From the NCBI GenBank assembly GCA_016176335.1, contig JACOXI010000003.1:194477-258476 (forward strand): 64,000 nt of DNA, given 5' to 3'. The stretch is from Candidatus Daviesbacteria bacterium. Lineage in GTDB: Bacteria > Patescibacteriota > Microgenomatia > Daviesbacterales > UBA10151. Positions within the stretch are counted from its first letter, which is position 1. Each line of letters opens with the position of its first letter. Below the pieces are notes generated by a model. That model did no database searches. It was not told the origin of the DNA and saw only the letters and a list, made by a program, of their open reading frames with translations. Shown here one piece after another: positions 39,113 through 49,453 of this stretch. A program made the position numbers and the translations under genes.

Positions 39113-40263
39113 TGAATAAAAAAATTCTATATCTCCTGGCTTTTTTGATAAAAGGGTGGGAAGTATCCTTACTTTTGGTTTTGCCTATTTTACAAACACA
39201 AGGCAGAATAAATTTATTTGAATTGGGAATACTTGCCGCAACTTTTTCCATTTTTCAAATAATCACATCTCTTTTCTCTGGACACTTGGCGGAAAAATTT
39301 AGTAATAAAAGAGTAATGACTGCTGCTATATTTTTTTATGGTTTAGCCTGGCTTGTTCTTGCTACACCGATCAGTTTTATCTCTCTTTTGGTAGTGTGTT
39401 GTTTAGGAGGGATAGCCACAGGGTCGTTTATACCCCTTGCCAATTCCCAAATTGCGAAAATTGCCAACCAAAACAGAGCCAAAGAATTTGGGGACTTTAG
39501 TGCTTTTTCTGACATTGGGAGGGTAGTTTTGGTAAGCATCACAACTTTTTTGATAGGCAATGTCAGTTTATTTACCACCTCTTTAGTGTTTGCTGTTTTG
39601 GGGATTATTTCAACAGCAATCCTTGCTAAAGTGACGATTTTAAATTTTAAGGAGGAAGACTCATTGAAAAATTTACAAGCTGTCAGGTTACACCACTTAT
39701 TAAAAAATAAACGATTTATTTTTGCGGTTTTAACAGGCATGTTTGATGTATTTGCAAGTGCGTCACTTTTTATTTTCATCCCGCTGCTTTTGATACCAAA
39801 AGGGATTGATATTTCATCAGTTGGGTTTTTGAGCGCTCTATTTTTTGCAGGGTATCTTTTTGGAAGAGTCTTATTAGGGAGAATGGCAGATCAATTCGGA
39901 GATGTTAATATTTTGGTGATAGCACAAATTTTTATGGCAGTTTTGATTGTATGCCTTATATTTATAAACAATTTGATTCTGGTATCTACAATACTTTTTG
40001 TATTAGGTGTGTTTACAAGAGGAACCTCACCTGTGATTCGTGCTATGATGGCAAACGCTGTTTCCGAAAAGCATAAGTTCGATAAGGCTTTTAGTATTCA
40101 TTCTTTTTCCCTAAATACCGCAAATGTTACCAGCAGATCTGTTTATGGTTTTTCTGCAGGCATTTTTGGGATTGCCAGTGTTTTTTATTTATCGGCGCTT
40201 GTTGCATTGGCAACTTTAGTACCGCTGTACCTTTATCAAAGGTCCAAAGATCAAGGAGTCTGA
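39112..40263 (+). CDS. MFS transporter
   Basis: SGHLAEKFSNK and LGRMADQFG motif A copies; about 12 TM. Confidence 0.85.
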   Translation: MNKKILYLLAFLIKGWEVSLLLVLPILQTQGRINLFELGILAATFSIFQIITSLFSGHLAEKFSNKRVMTAAIFFYGLAWLVLATPISFISLLVVCCLGGIATGSFIPLANSQIAKIANQNRAKEFGDFSAFSDIGRVVLVSITTFLIGNVSLFTTSLVFAVLGIISTAILAKVTILNFKEEDSLKNLQAVRLHHLLKNKRFIFAVLTGMFDVFASASLFIFIPLLLIPKGIDISSVGFLSALFFAGYLFGRVLLGRMADQFGDVNILVIAQIFMAVLIVCLIFINNLILVSTILFVLGVFTRGTSPVIRAMMANAVSEKHKFDKAFSIHSFSLNTANVTSRSVYGFSAGIFGIASVFYLSALVALATLVPLYLYQRSKDQGV

Positions 40264-40264
40264 A

Positions 40265-40660
40265 ATGTATGAGCAGGGCTTGCGACTTCGTCTAAAATTC
40301 TGGGGGAAAGTAAGAAAAGCAAATCTTAGAGGGAAAAAGTTGGGATTTCCTACTGCCAATATGAATTTATCTAGAAAAATACCTGAAGGGATCTATATTT
40401 CTAAAGCTAGAATAGCTGGGGTAGAATATAAATCACTGACCTTTATAGGTGAGGCCAAAACATTTGGCGAAAAAAAATTCCAAGCAGAAACATACATTTT
40501 GAATTTTAGTAGAAATCTATATGATAAATGGATTACAGTAGAACTTTTCAAAAAGATTCGTGGTAATAAAAAATTTAAATCAGCTAAAGACTTGGTAGAG
40601 CAGATGAAGGAAGACGAGAGAAAAGCAAGAGATTTTTTTTACCTCTTGACGAAGAGGTAA
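40265..40660 (+). CDS. Stand-alone riboflavin kinase (RibF C-terminal domain)
   Basis: RGKKLGFPTAN, EGIY, ETYILNF..NLY, IRGNKKF. Confidence 0.88.
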   Translation: MYEQGLRLRLKFWGKVRKANLRGKKLGFPTANMNLSRKIPEGIYISKARIAGVEYKSLTFIGEAKTFGEKKFQAETYILNFSRNLYDKWITVELFKKIRGNKKFKSAKDLVEQMKEDERKARDFFYLLTKR

Positions 40661-40728
40661 GATTTGTGCTATCTTATAAATAATTAAATAAGAAATATCA
40701 GAGGCGTACGGGAACGTATGCTTCATTT
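40646..40728 (+). promoter_or_regulatory. rpoB promoter and short leader hairpin
   Basis: TTGACG-18 nt-TATCTT; gaggcgtacg-ggaa-cgtatgcttc at 40701-40724. Confidence 0.55.
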
Positions 40729-40790
40729 CGTTGATTCGCTAATACAGAAGGATATTATCGAGCAAAGCTGTCCAAATAGGCCATCTACTA

Positions 40791-43700
40791 ATGTCTTTAC
40801 AAGCTTTTGAATTAAATCAAACCCGTAAGTCGTGGAGCAAAGCATCTGCCTTGACCCCGGAGCTCAACCTAATAAAAATTCAACTTGATTCTTACAAATG
40901 GTTTCTCACTGATGGTATAAAGGAAGTATTAGAAGAAATAACCCCGGTTGAGGATTTTACAGGCAAAAATTGGTCTTTGGAACTCGGGTCATATTCATTT
41001 GGTAAGTCAAAATACACTCCGGAGCTTGCCAAGATGAAGGGAGTAACTTTCGATGCGCCTCTTAAGATAGAGGCCATTTTAATAAATAAACAAACAGGAA
41101 AAAGGACCAAACAGGAAGTGTTTTTAGGTGACATCCCCCAAATGACAGAGAAGGGAACTTTTATTATAAACGGGGTTGAAAGAGTGATCATTAATCAATT
41201 GGTTCGTTCCCCTGGAGTGTTTTTTTCGGCAGCGGACGACCCCATTACAGGAAGAAGGCTTTACTCTGCAGAAATTAGGCCATATAGAGGTTCTTGGTTA
41301 GAATTTTCAATATCCAGAACCGGTGTGTTAACAGCCAAAATTGACAGAAGAAGAAAATTTGCGGCAACCACCTTGCTTCGCGCCTTGGGTTTTTCCGAGT
41401 CCGAAACCATCATTGAACTGTTCAGCGATGTGGATACCGCGGAGGATAAACGTATCGAGACAACGCTGTCGAAAGACCCAACACAAAACAGCGATGAGGC
41501 ACTGCTGGAGATTTTTAGAAAGATGCGGCCCGGGGATCCTGTAGTTTTGGATAATGCCAAAAGCTTACTGGACGGGATGTTTTTCAACTCCAGGCGCTAC
41601 AATTTAACCAGAGTAGGACGCTACAAAATAAATAAAAGATTAGCATTAGATACCCCAAATAGTGCGGACAATTGGATTCTGACGAATAACGATATTGTAG
41701 CCACCTTAAAATACCTGATAAAACTTTCAAATGGTTTGGGGAAAGTAGATGATATAGATCATTTAGCCAACAGAAGAGTTAAGTGTGCGGGAGAACTGGT
41801 ACAACAAAATGCCTTCAGAATTGGAGTATTAAGGTTAGAACGAATTATCAAAGAAAGAATGAGCCTGACTGCGGCAGATCAGGAACCTACTCCCGGCAGT
41901 TTAATCAATGCCAAGCCTGTGATTGCAGCAGTCAATGAGTTTTTCCGTTCATCTCAACTTTCTTCTATCTTGGATCAGGTTAACCCTTTGTCAGAATTGG
42001 ATCATTTAAGAAGATTGTCTGTTATGGGTGTAGGAGGAATCACCAGAGATCGGGCTTCCTTTTCGGTTCGTGATATAAATCATTCCCAATACGGCAGAAT
42101 TGATCCAATCCGCTCTCCCGAAGGACAAAATATCGGTTTGGTCACTTATCTTGCTTTATACGCTAGGATAAACGAATATGGGTTTTTGGAAACGCCTTAC
42201 AGAAAGGTTGTTTTAGAGCGCGGAAAGCCTCGGATAACCAATACAATAATCTATCTTACGGCTGACGATGAAGAGGATTATCATATTACGGAAGCAACTG
42301 TTAATGTTGATCCAAAAGGCAATATTGTAGATGATCGAGTTCCAACTAGATTCCAAGGAAGTTTTTTTGAGGGCGAATCAAAGCAAATTTCTTTAATTGA
42401 TATCTCACCGCAGCAAATTTTTGGCACATCGGCAGCATTGATCCCCTTTTTGGCAAATGATGATGCAAACAGGGCTTTGATGGGAACTCAAATGCAATGT
42501 CAGGCCGTACCTTTGCTTATCCCTTCCGCTCCAATCGTAGGTACTGGTATGGAAAGGATTGTTGCGGATAACATGGGAAGAGTAGTAAGAGCTCCTGAAG
42601 ATGGAGTTGTTATATCTGTTGATGGTGAAAAACTGATCTTAAAGGGTAAAAGGCAGGAATATAAATTTGAGATTAAAAAGTTTATTCATTCACCTCAAGG
42701 AACCTGTTATTCGCAAAGGCCCGTTGCCAAACTAGGACAAAAAGTTAAAAAAGAAGATCTCTTGATTGATGGCGTTGCAACACAAAACGGAGAATTGGCT
42801 TTGGGTCAAAATCTTTTGATTGCTTATATGAGTTTTGAAGGGTTGGGTTATGAGGATGCAATAGTTATTTCCGACAAACTTGTCAAAGAAGATCTTTTGA
42901 CCTCAATCCATATTGAAGAATATGAAGTTGATGTTGTGGAAACGAAATTAGGATTGGAGGAGTTAACCCGCGACATTCCCAACGTGTCTGAAGATGCGTT
43001 GAGAAATTTGGATGAAAAAGGGATTGTCAGAATTGGTGCCGAAGTTGGGCCAAACGATATTTTGGTTGGCAAAGTTCAACCAAAAGGCGAGACGGAGTTA
43101 ACTGCCGAGGAAAGACTGCTTAGGGCAATATTTGGAGAAAAAGCAAAGGAAGTTCGCGACACGTCTTTAAGGGTTCCACACGGTGAGCGGGGGACAGTAA
43201 TCGGGGTGCAGATACTCTCACGCGACGAAGGAGATGAGTTGGATACCGGGACGCTGATGAGAATTAAAGTCAAGGTGGCACAGATGAGAAAAGTGACCGA
43301 AGGGGATAAGTTGGCAGGAAGACATGGGAACAAAGGGGTTATTTCAAAGATTGTTCCAGTATCGGACATGCCTCATTTGGAAGATGGGACACCGGTTGAT
43401 ATTATTATTTCTCCCTTGTCTGTGTTATCCCGTATGAATTTGGGTCAGCTTTTGGAAACCCACTGGGGTTTTGCCGCACAAAAATTGGGTTATAAAATTG
43501 CCGCTCCTGTTTTTGAGAAGATGCCGGAGGATATGTTAATTATCGAGTTTAGAAAAGCAGGACTTCCGGTTGACGGGAAGGTCAGACTTATTGACGGAAG
43601 AAACGGAGAGCCGTTTGATAACACAATTGTTGTCGGAAGAAATTATATTTTAAAGCTGATCCACATGGTTGAGGAAAAAATTCATGCCCGCTCTACAGGA

Positions 43701-44132
43701 CCATATTCCTTGGTTACTCAACAACCTTTGGGAGGCAAAGCTCAAATGGGTGGACAAAGGTTGGGAGAGATGGAAGTTTGGGCTTTGGAAGCGTATGGCG
43801 CTGCCCATATCCTACAGGAAATGTTAACTATCAAATCAGATGATGTGGTGGGCCGAGCTAAAGCTTTCGAGGCAATTGTCAAGGGGATTGATATACCTCA
43901 AGCGTTGGTTCCCGAATCATTTAAGGTTTTAGTAAAAGAATTGCAGGCTTTAGGGTTGTCAGTTGAGACTTTGGGAGCAAAAATAGTGCAAGTGCCTGAA
44001 GTTGAAGAAAAAGCGGAAGTTTTACGTGAGGTAGCTCAAATGGAACAAGTTTTAGAAGCAAAGCCTTTGGCCACCGAAGGTGAGTTGGAAGCGGAAGGCA
44101 GCCCGTTTGAGGTGGTTGATGCGAAGGAGTAA
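40791..44132 (+). CDS. rpoB: RNA polymerase beta subunit
   Basis: GTFIINGVERV, DDIDHL.NRR, GDKLAGRHGNKGV, GGQRLGEMEVWALEAYGAA. Confidence 0.99.
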   Translation: MSLQAFELNQTRKSWSKASALTPELNLIKIQLDSYKWFLTDGIKEVLEEITPVEDFTGKNWSLELGSYSFGKSKYTPELAKMKGVTFDAPLKIEAILINKQTGKRTKQEVFLGDIPQMTEKGTFIINGVERVIINQLVRSPGVFFSAADDPITGRRLYSAEIRPYRGSWLEFSISRTGVLTAKIDRRRKFAATTLLRALGFSESETIIELFSDVDTAEDKRIETTLSKDPTQNSDEALLEIFRKMRPGDPVVLDNAKSLLDGMFFNSRRYNLTRVGRYKINKRLALDTPNSADNWILTNNDIVATLKYLIKLSNGLGKVDDIDHLANRRVKCAGELVQQNAFRIGVLRLERIIKERMSLTAADQEPTPGSLINAKPVIAAVNEFFRSSQLSSILDQVNPLSELDHLRRLSVMGVGGITRDRASFSVRDINHSQYGRIDPIRSPEGQNIGLVTYLALYARINEYGFLETPYRKVVLERGKPRITNTIIYLTADDEEDYHITEATVNVDPKGNIVDDRVPTRFQGSFFEGESKQISLIDISPQQIFGTSAALIPFLANDDANRALMGTQMQCQAVPLLIPSAPIVGTGMERIVADNMGRVVRAPEDGVVISVDGEKLILKGKRQEYKFEIKKFIHSPQGTCYSQRPVAKLGQKVKKEDLLIDGVATQNGELALGQNLLIAYMSFEGLGYEDAIVISDKLVKEDLLTSIHIEEYEVDVVETKLGLEELTRDIPNVSEDALRNLDEKGIVRIGAEVGPNDILVGKVQPKGETELTAEERLLRAIFGEKAKEVRDTSLRVPHGERGTVIGVQILSRDEGDELDTGTLMRIKVKVAQMRKVTEGDKLAGRHGNKGVISKIVPVSDMPHLEDGTPVDIIISPLSVLSRMNLGQLLETHWGFAAQKLGYKIAAPVFEKMPEDMLIIEFRKAGLPVDGKVRLIDGRNGEPFDNTIVVGRNYILKLIHMVEEKIHARSTGPYSLVTQQPLGGKAQMGGQRLGEMEVWALEAYGAAHILQEMLTIKSDDVVGRAKAFEAIVKGIDIPQALVPESFKVLVKELQALGLSVETLGAKIVQVPEVEEKAEVLREVAQMEQVLEAKPLATEGELEAEGSPFEVVDAKE

Positions 44133-44137
44133 ATATT

Positions 44138-47100
44138 ATGAACGATCTTTTGGATTTTGAAAGCTTAAAATTGACTGTGGCAAGCCCGGAACAGATCCGC
44201 AGCTGGTCTTTTGGGGAAGTGACAAAGCCTGAAACTATAAATTATAGAACCTTAAAGGCAGAAAAAGACGGGCTATTTTCGGAAAATATTTTCGGACCGA
44301 CCAAAGATTACGAATGTTACTGCGGAAAATATAAAAGAATAAGGTATCGGGGGGTTATTTGTGATAAATGCGGAGTTGAAGTAACCCAGTCTAAAGTAAG
44401 GCGTGAGAGGATGGGTCATATCAACCTGGCCTCCCCTGTTGCGCATACCTGGTTTGTTAAAGGCGCGCCTTCAAAATTATCACTAGTACTTAATATTTCT
44501 CCTAAAAATTTGGAAGCGGTGGTTTATTTTGCATCATACCTTATTATCGCTGTTGATCCCGAAGGAAAAGCGAAAGCTTTGGAAAAATTAGAGAAAGATT
44601 TGCAAGATAAAATTGAGGAGTCTAAAAAAGGACTGGACAAAAACAGTAAGGGTTTGGACGATTTGCTTACAAAGGACCTTGCGCTTTTGAAGAAGAAACT
44701 GGAAAAAGAAAAATTCGAGCTTGAATCACAAGAATTGGAGCTAAAAAGCAGATCAGAAAAACAAAAATTAAGGGATAATCATGTTGTGGAGCAGGGGCAG
44801 CTTGAGGGTATTTTCAAGGCTGTTTCGGATTTGGTAAAGTCTGTGGTGCCTTCGGAACTGTTATCGGAGGAAGAATACTACAAACTTGTAGAATATGGAG
44901 TGGCGGATTTTGTGACAGTTGGTATGGGTGCTGAAAGTCTTCTTGAGACTTTGAAAAAACTTGATTTGGACAAACTGTCAGCACATTTGCGTGATGAGGT
45001 AAGAAAATCCACAGGACAAAAGCATATTAAGGCCACTAAAAGGTTGAGGATTATTGAAGGTATGCGTTCTGTCGGGATTTTGCCGGAATGGTTGGTTCTC
45101 CAGGTGTTGCCGATTCTCCCTCCGGATCTTCGTCCGATGGTTCAACTGCCGGGTGGAAGATTTGCCACATCGGATCTTAATGATTTATACAGAAGGGTCA
45201 TTAACAGAAATAACAGATTAAATAAACTGATTAATTTGGGTGCGCCTGAAATAATTTTGCGAAATGAAAAAAGAATGTTGCAGGAAGCGGTTGATTCACT
45301 TATTGATGCATCATCCAGATCATCAAGAAGGGGAGGTCCGGCAGTTTCCCACAATTTAAGATCTCTTTCCGATATGTTGAGGGGTAAACAAGGGAGATTC
45401 AGACAAAACCTTTTAGGGAAAAGGGTTGATTATTCGGGAAGATCGGTGATTGTGGTTGGACCAAAACTTAAGTTGGATCAGGTAGGACTGCCTAAAGAAA
45501 TGGCCTTGGAAATGTTTAAACCTTTTGTTTTAAGAGAACTGATTGCAAGAGGGTTGGCATCAAATGTTAAGGGTGCAAAAAATGTTTTGGAAGCCCGCCC
45601 TTCCGAAGTTTGGGATATTTTGGAAGAAATTATCACCGGCCATCCGATTTTGATAAACCGTGCCCCAACTTTACACAGACTGGGTATTCAAGCATTTTAC
45701 CCGGTGTTGGTTAATGGCTCTGCGATCCAGGTGCATCCTTGTATTTGTGCTGGGTTTAATGCGGATTTTGACGGAGACCAGATGGCAGTTCATGTGCCCT
45801 TATCACAAAAAGCACAAGATGAGGCAAAGCAATTGATGATGGCAAGAGAAAATATCTTTGGTCCTGCTCATGCACAACCCATCACTGTTCCAAACAGAGA
45901 AATGGCCTTAGGTTGTTATTACCTGACATATATTCCTGATTCTGAAAGTTTGAAAGAGCTCTCCGATTTTGTATCAGCGGAAGATGCGATCAGAGCTTAT
46001 CAACTAGGGAAAATTAAAATTCAACAAAAGATCAAAGTTAAAGTAAATGACGAGATTTTGGAAACATCCGTAGGCAGGATTCTTTTTAATCAGGTTCTGC
46101 CAATTCATATGAAATTTATTAATTCTGTTGTCAAGGGTTTGACCATCAGAGATCTAATTTTGAAAGCAACAGAAACACTTTCTAAACAAGAAGTTTCCGA
46201 TCTGATAGATAATATCAAAAGAATCGGATTTTGGGGCGTAACATTATCTGGAATTTCAATTTCGATTTTTGATGCAAGAATTGTTCCCGAAAAGCAAAAA
46301 TATTTGGATGAGGCAGAAATTGAGATAGAAAAGATTGAAGGCAATGTGACCAAGGGCTTAATTACACCCGTAGAAAAATTACAATTATCACAGATGGTTT
46401 GGATTAAGACAACGGAAGATTTGGCAAACGCTACTTGGGATTTCTTAGGCCCGCAAAACCCAATCAGGATGATGGTTGAAGCAGGGGCAAGAGGATCAAG
46501 AGATCAGGCAAAACAGCTTTCAGCCATGAGAGGATTATCAACAGACCCAACAGGTAAAATTGTGGAACTGCCGACAAAATCAAATTACAGACAAGGTCTT
46601 TCTGTATTTGAATACTTTACATCTGCAAGGGGGGCCAGGAAAGGTGTTGCGGATAAAGCCTTAAAAACTGCCGATGCAGGGTATTTGACCAGAAGATTGG
46701 TGGATATTGCTCATGATGTGATTATCAGAAATGAAGATTGCCAAACATCAGAGGGGTTGGAGTATGACATTTCAAAAACTTCCTTCAATACCGCAAGAGA
46801 GAAGCTTTTAGGAAGAGTGGTTTTGGAAAATATTACCGCAGCTCACGGCCGCAAAGTGTTGTTTAAAGCGGAAACAATTTTCACAGAAAAAGTCATACAA
46901 ACTCTTATTAAAGAAGACATTACCAAAGTTGTAGCCAGATCTCCGCTTACTTGTAAGGCGCCTTATGGGATTTGCAGCAAGTGTTACGGACTTGATTTAA
47001 CCACAAGGGAGCAAGTTGTAATTGGTACACCGGTTGGGGTTGTTGCCGCCCAAGCAATCGGTGAACCCGGAACACAACTGACCATGAGAACATTTCACAC

Positions 47101-47830
47101 AGGAGGAATTGTGGGTTTAGATATTACTCAAGGTTTGCCAAGAGTTGAAGAACTATTTGAAGCTAGAACTCCCAAAGTTGTCGCTCCTATGTCTGAAATT
47201 GCAGGAAAGGTTTCTATCTTGGAAACCGAATTAGGGATCAGAGTCAGAGTGAAAACTACCACCAAACCATACGAGGAGAGAGAATATATTATTCCCGTAA
47301 CAGCCACCCTTTTGGTTGAAGAAGATCAATTGATTGACGGGGGGACAATTTTGGCCTCCGGCCACATTGATATAAAGGAGATACTGCGGGTACAAGGCTT
47401 GCGAGCGGCACAAAGATATATTGTAGATGAGGTAAGATCGGTTTATGAATCACAGGGTGTACCTATTAACGAAAAACATTTTGAGGTAATTGTCAGGAAG
47501 ATGTCTGATAAAGTAAGAATTGAATCTCAAGGGGATACTAACCTGTTGCCGGGTGAGATCGTGGATCAAATTAAGTTTGAGGATGAAAATAAAAGGGTTT
47601 TGGCATCAGGCGGTGAACCGGCAACAGCAGAAGTTGTGATTTTGGGAATCACCAGGACTTCTTTGCAAACAGACAGCTTTTTGTCTGCTGCTTCATTCCA
47701 GGAAACCACCACCATTCTTTCTGATGCGGCAATTCAGGGTAAAGTTGATCACCTGCTAGGCTTGAAAGAAAATGTTATAATTGGTCGTTTGATCCCAACA
47801 AGTCCCGAGAGAGTAAAAATAAGGGGATAA
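44138..47830 (+). CDS. rpoC: RNA polymerase beta' subunit
   Basis: KPETINYRT, zinc finger, LLGKRVDYSGRSV, NADFDGDQM, GEPGTQLTMRTFH. Confidence 0.99.
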   Translation: MNDLLDFESLKLTVASPEQIRSWSFGEVTKPETINYRTLKAEKDGLFSENIFGPTKDYECYCGKYKRIRYRGVICDKCGVEVTQSKVRRERMGHINLASPVAHTWFVKGAPSKLSLVLNISPKNLEAVVYFASYLIIAVDPEGKAKALEKLEKDLQDKIEESKKGLDKNSKGLDDLLTKDLALLKKKLEKEKFELESQELELKSRSEKQKLRDNHVVEQGQLEGIFKAVSDLVKSVVPSELLSEEEYYKLVEYGVADFVTVGMGAESLLETLKKLDLDKLSAHLRDEVRKSTGQKHIKATKRLRIIEGMRSVGILPEWLVLQVLPILPPDLRPMVQLPGGRFATSDLNDLYRRVINRNNRLNKLINLGAPEIILRNEKRMLQEAVDSLIDASSRSSRRGGPAVSHNLRSLSDMLRGKQGRFRQNLLGKRVDYSGRSVIVVGPKLKLDQVGLPKEMALEMFKPFVLRELIARGLASNVKGAKNVLEARPSEVWDILEEIITGHPILINRAPTLHRLGIQAFYPVLVNGSAIQVHPCICAGFNADFDGDQMAVHVPLSQKAQDEAKQLMMARENIFGPAHAQPITVPNREMALGCYYLTYIPDSESLKELSDFVSAEDAIRAYQLGKIKIQQKIKVKVNDEILETSVGRILFNQVLPIHMKFINSVVKGLTIRDLILKATETLSKQEVSDLIDNIKRIGFWGVTLSGISISIFDARIVPEKQKYLDEAEIEIEKIEGNVTKGLITPVEKLQLSQMVWIKTTEDLANATWDFLGPQNPIRMMVEAGARGSRDQAKQLSAMRGLSTDPTGKIVELPTKSNYRQGLSVFEYFTSARGARKGVADKALKTADAGYLTRRLVDIAHDVIIRNEDCQTSEGLEYDISKTSFNTAREKLLGRVVLENITAAHGRKVLFKAETIFTEKVIQTLIKEDITKVVARSPLTCKAPYGICSKCYGLDLTTREQVVIGTPVGVVAAQAIGEPGTQLTMRTFHTGGIVGLDITQGLPRVEELFEARTPKVVAPMSEIAGKVSILETELGIRVRVKTTTKPYEEREYIIPVTATLLVEEDQLIDGGTILASGHIDIKEILRVQGLRAAQRYIVDEVRSVYESQGVPINEKHFEVIVRKMSDKVRIESQGDTNLLPGEIVDQIKFEDENKRVLASGGEPATAEVVILGITRTSLQTDSFLSAASFQETTTILSDAAIQGKVDHLLGLKENVIIGRLIPTSPERVKIRG

Positions 47831-47851
47831 AGGAATTAAGGAATTTGAGGT

Positions 47852-48331
47852 ATGCCAACTATAAATCAACTGGTCAGAAAAAGCAGAAAAAAGATTGTCA
47901 AAAAAGTTAAGGCAACTGCTCTCCGTCGAAGCTTTAATGGTAAAGACAGACGATATACTCAAAATTTTAACCCGCAAAAGCGGGGGGTGGTGACGCTGGT
48001 CAAAACCATGACTCCTAAAAAACCCAATTCAGCCTTGCGAAAAGTGGCCAGAGTGAGACTTTCGAACCGAACAGAAGTCACGGCATATATACAAGGAGAA
48101 GGGCACTCTTTGGCAGAACACGGAATTGTGCTGGTTCGAGGCGGAAGGGTAAAGGATTTACCTGGTGTAAAATACCATTTAATTCGCGGTAAACTTGATT
48201 TGGCAGGGGTACAGGGCAGAAAACAGGCAAGATCAAAGTATGGAGCAAAGGTTGGGGGAGCAGTTGCTACCCCAAGACCTGTTGGTCTGTCAGGCGGGGC
48301 GCCAGCACCTGCTGCACCGGAGGGAATATAA
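47852..48331 (+). CDS. rpsL: 30S ribosomal protein S12
   Basis: [28 protein letters not shown]. Confidence 0.99.
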   Translation: MPTINQLVRKSRKKIVKKVKATALRRSFNGKDRRYTQNFNPQKRGVVTLVKTMTPKKPNSALRKVARVRLSNRTEVTAYIQGEGHSLAEHGIVLVRGGRVKDLPGVKYHLIRGKLDLAGVQGRKQARSKYGAKVGGAVATPRPVGLSGGAPAPAAPEGI

Positions 48332-48334
48332 TTT

Positions 48335-48811
48335 ATGAGGAGTAAAAAGGCTGAAAAAAGAATCATTGTCCCTGATCCGCTTTATAATTCAAGATTGCTT
48401 GCGAAATTTATCAATAAGGTCATGAAAGAGGGTAAAAAGAGTACAGCACAGACAGTAGTTTATAAAGCCTTGGAGATTATCAAGGAACAATCAAAACAAG
48501 AGCCTTTGGGAGTTTTTGAAAAAGCTTTGCAAAATGTTTCCCCAAAAATGGAGGTTAAACCAAGAAGAGTGGGCGGAGCATCATATCAGGTTCCGATTGA
48601 GGTTCGTGGGGATAGGAAAGAAGCTTTATCAATCAGATGGGTTATTACCGGGGCCAGAGCAAGGTCAAATTCCACATTTCATACTTTTGCCCAAAAACTG
48701 GCAGCAGAACTTTTGGATGCTGCCAATAATACAGGTTCTGCTATCAAAAAGAGAGATGACATGCTGCGAATGGCTAATGCAAATAGGGCATTTGCCCACT
48801 TTAGATGGTAA
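48335..48811 (+). CDS. rpsG: 30S ribosomal protein S7
   Basis: EVKPRRVGGASYQVP, ANRAFAHFRW. Confidence 0.99.
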   Translation: MRSKKAEKRIIVPDPLYNSRLLAKFINKVMKEGKKSTAQTVVYKALEIIKEQSKQEPLGVFEKALQNVSPKMEVKPRRVGGASYQVPIEVRGDRKEALSIRWVITGARARSNSTFHTFAQKLAAELLDAANNTGSAIKKRDDMLRMANANRAFAHFRW

Positions 48812-48820
48812 TATAAATAT

Positions 48821-49081
48821 ATGTCTGTAGAGAACGTTGATAAAAATCCTTCAGGTCGATTAGGTCCAGCAACTCTAAGAGAACTGGTGGGAGATCTTAG
48901 TGATCATGATAGGCATCATGAAGCTACAGATAGAATAGAAGCCTTGGTAAGAATGGGTCCATCATTAGGTACTTTAGTTAGGGGGTTATCATTAGAGCCA
49001 TCTCTTCCTGGACGTTCTTCGCGTTCATATCACAGGTCCAGAGGCCGAAGAAGGTTTTCTGCACCAGGATTTGACTTTTAG
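48821..49081 (+). CDS. Hypothetical orphan protein with an Arg/Ser-rich C-terminus
   Basis: 86-aa ORF fills the gap after rpsG; no motif recognised. Confidence 0.45.
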   Translation: MSVENVDKNPSGRLGPATLRELVGDLSDHDRHHEATDRIEALVRMGPSLGTLVRGLSLEPSLPGRSSRSYHRSRGRRRFSAPGFDF

Positions 49082-49160
49082 GTTCAAAGTCAGTATCATT
49101 AATACTTGGCCTCCTGAAGTTTGAGGGGGCTTATTTTTTTAGATGGAGTAAAATGAATTT

Positions 49161-49382
49161 ATGGAGAAAAAGTTGAGGAAAGAAAAATTGAAGATGTGGA
49201 GAGAAAACCTCCAAAAATTAGAGGAGCAACTTGCTGCTGTGCAGCTTAAAAAAGGTGCTGCTGCGCAAGAGGGAGATCTGTCCGAAAATGCAGCCTACAT
49301 TATGGCAATTGAGGATGCCGAGACCTTGCGGGTACAAATTGAACAGGTGAAAAAAATAATTCAAGAATTGGAGGAAGGGTAA
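49161..49382 (+). CDS. GreA/GreB N-terminal coiled-coil-only protein
   Basis: AAQEGDLSENAAY tip motif within a 73-aa coiled coil; promoter TTGACT (49071)-17 nt-TATCAT. Confidence 0.85.
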   Translation: MEKKLRKEKLKMWRENLQKLEEQLAAVQLKKGAAAQEGDLSENAAYIMAIEDAETLRVQIEQVKKIIQELEEG

Positions 49383-49447
49383 AGGGGGAAGCGGAAAGGG
49401 GAAAGTACATATATAACTTTACCCTTCACCCTTGACGCTTTACGCTA
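49375..49447. repeat. Inverted pair of 7-mer arrays before fusA
   Basis: aagggta aaggggg aagcgga aagggga aag ... ctttacc cttcacc cttgacg ctttacg ct. Confidence 0.85.
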
Positions 49448-49453
49448 AAAACT

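Noticed and set aside
44540-44850. Coiled-coil insertion in RpoC as an intein or novel domain
   Set aside because: No intein splice motifs; it resembles the known lineage-specific beta' insertion at this position
47852-48331. Streptomycin-resistance alleles in rpsL
   Set aside because: TPKKPNS and RVKDLPG retain the wild-type lysines
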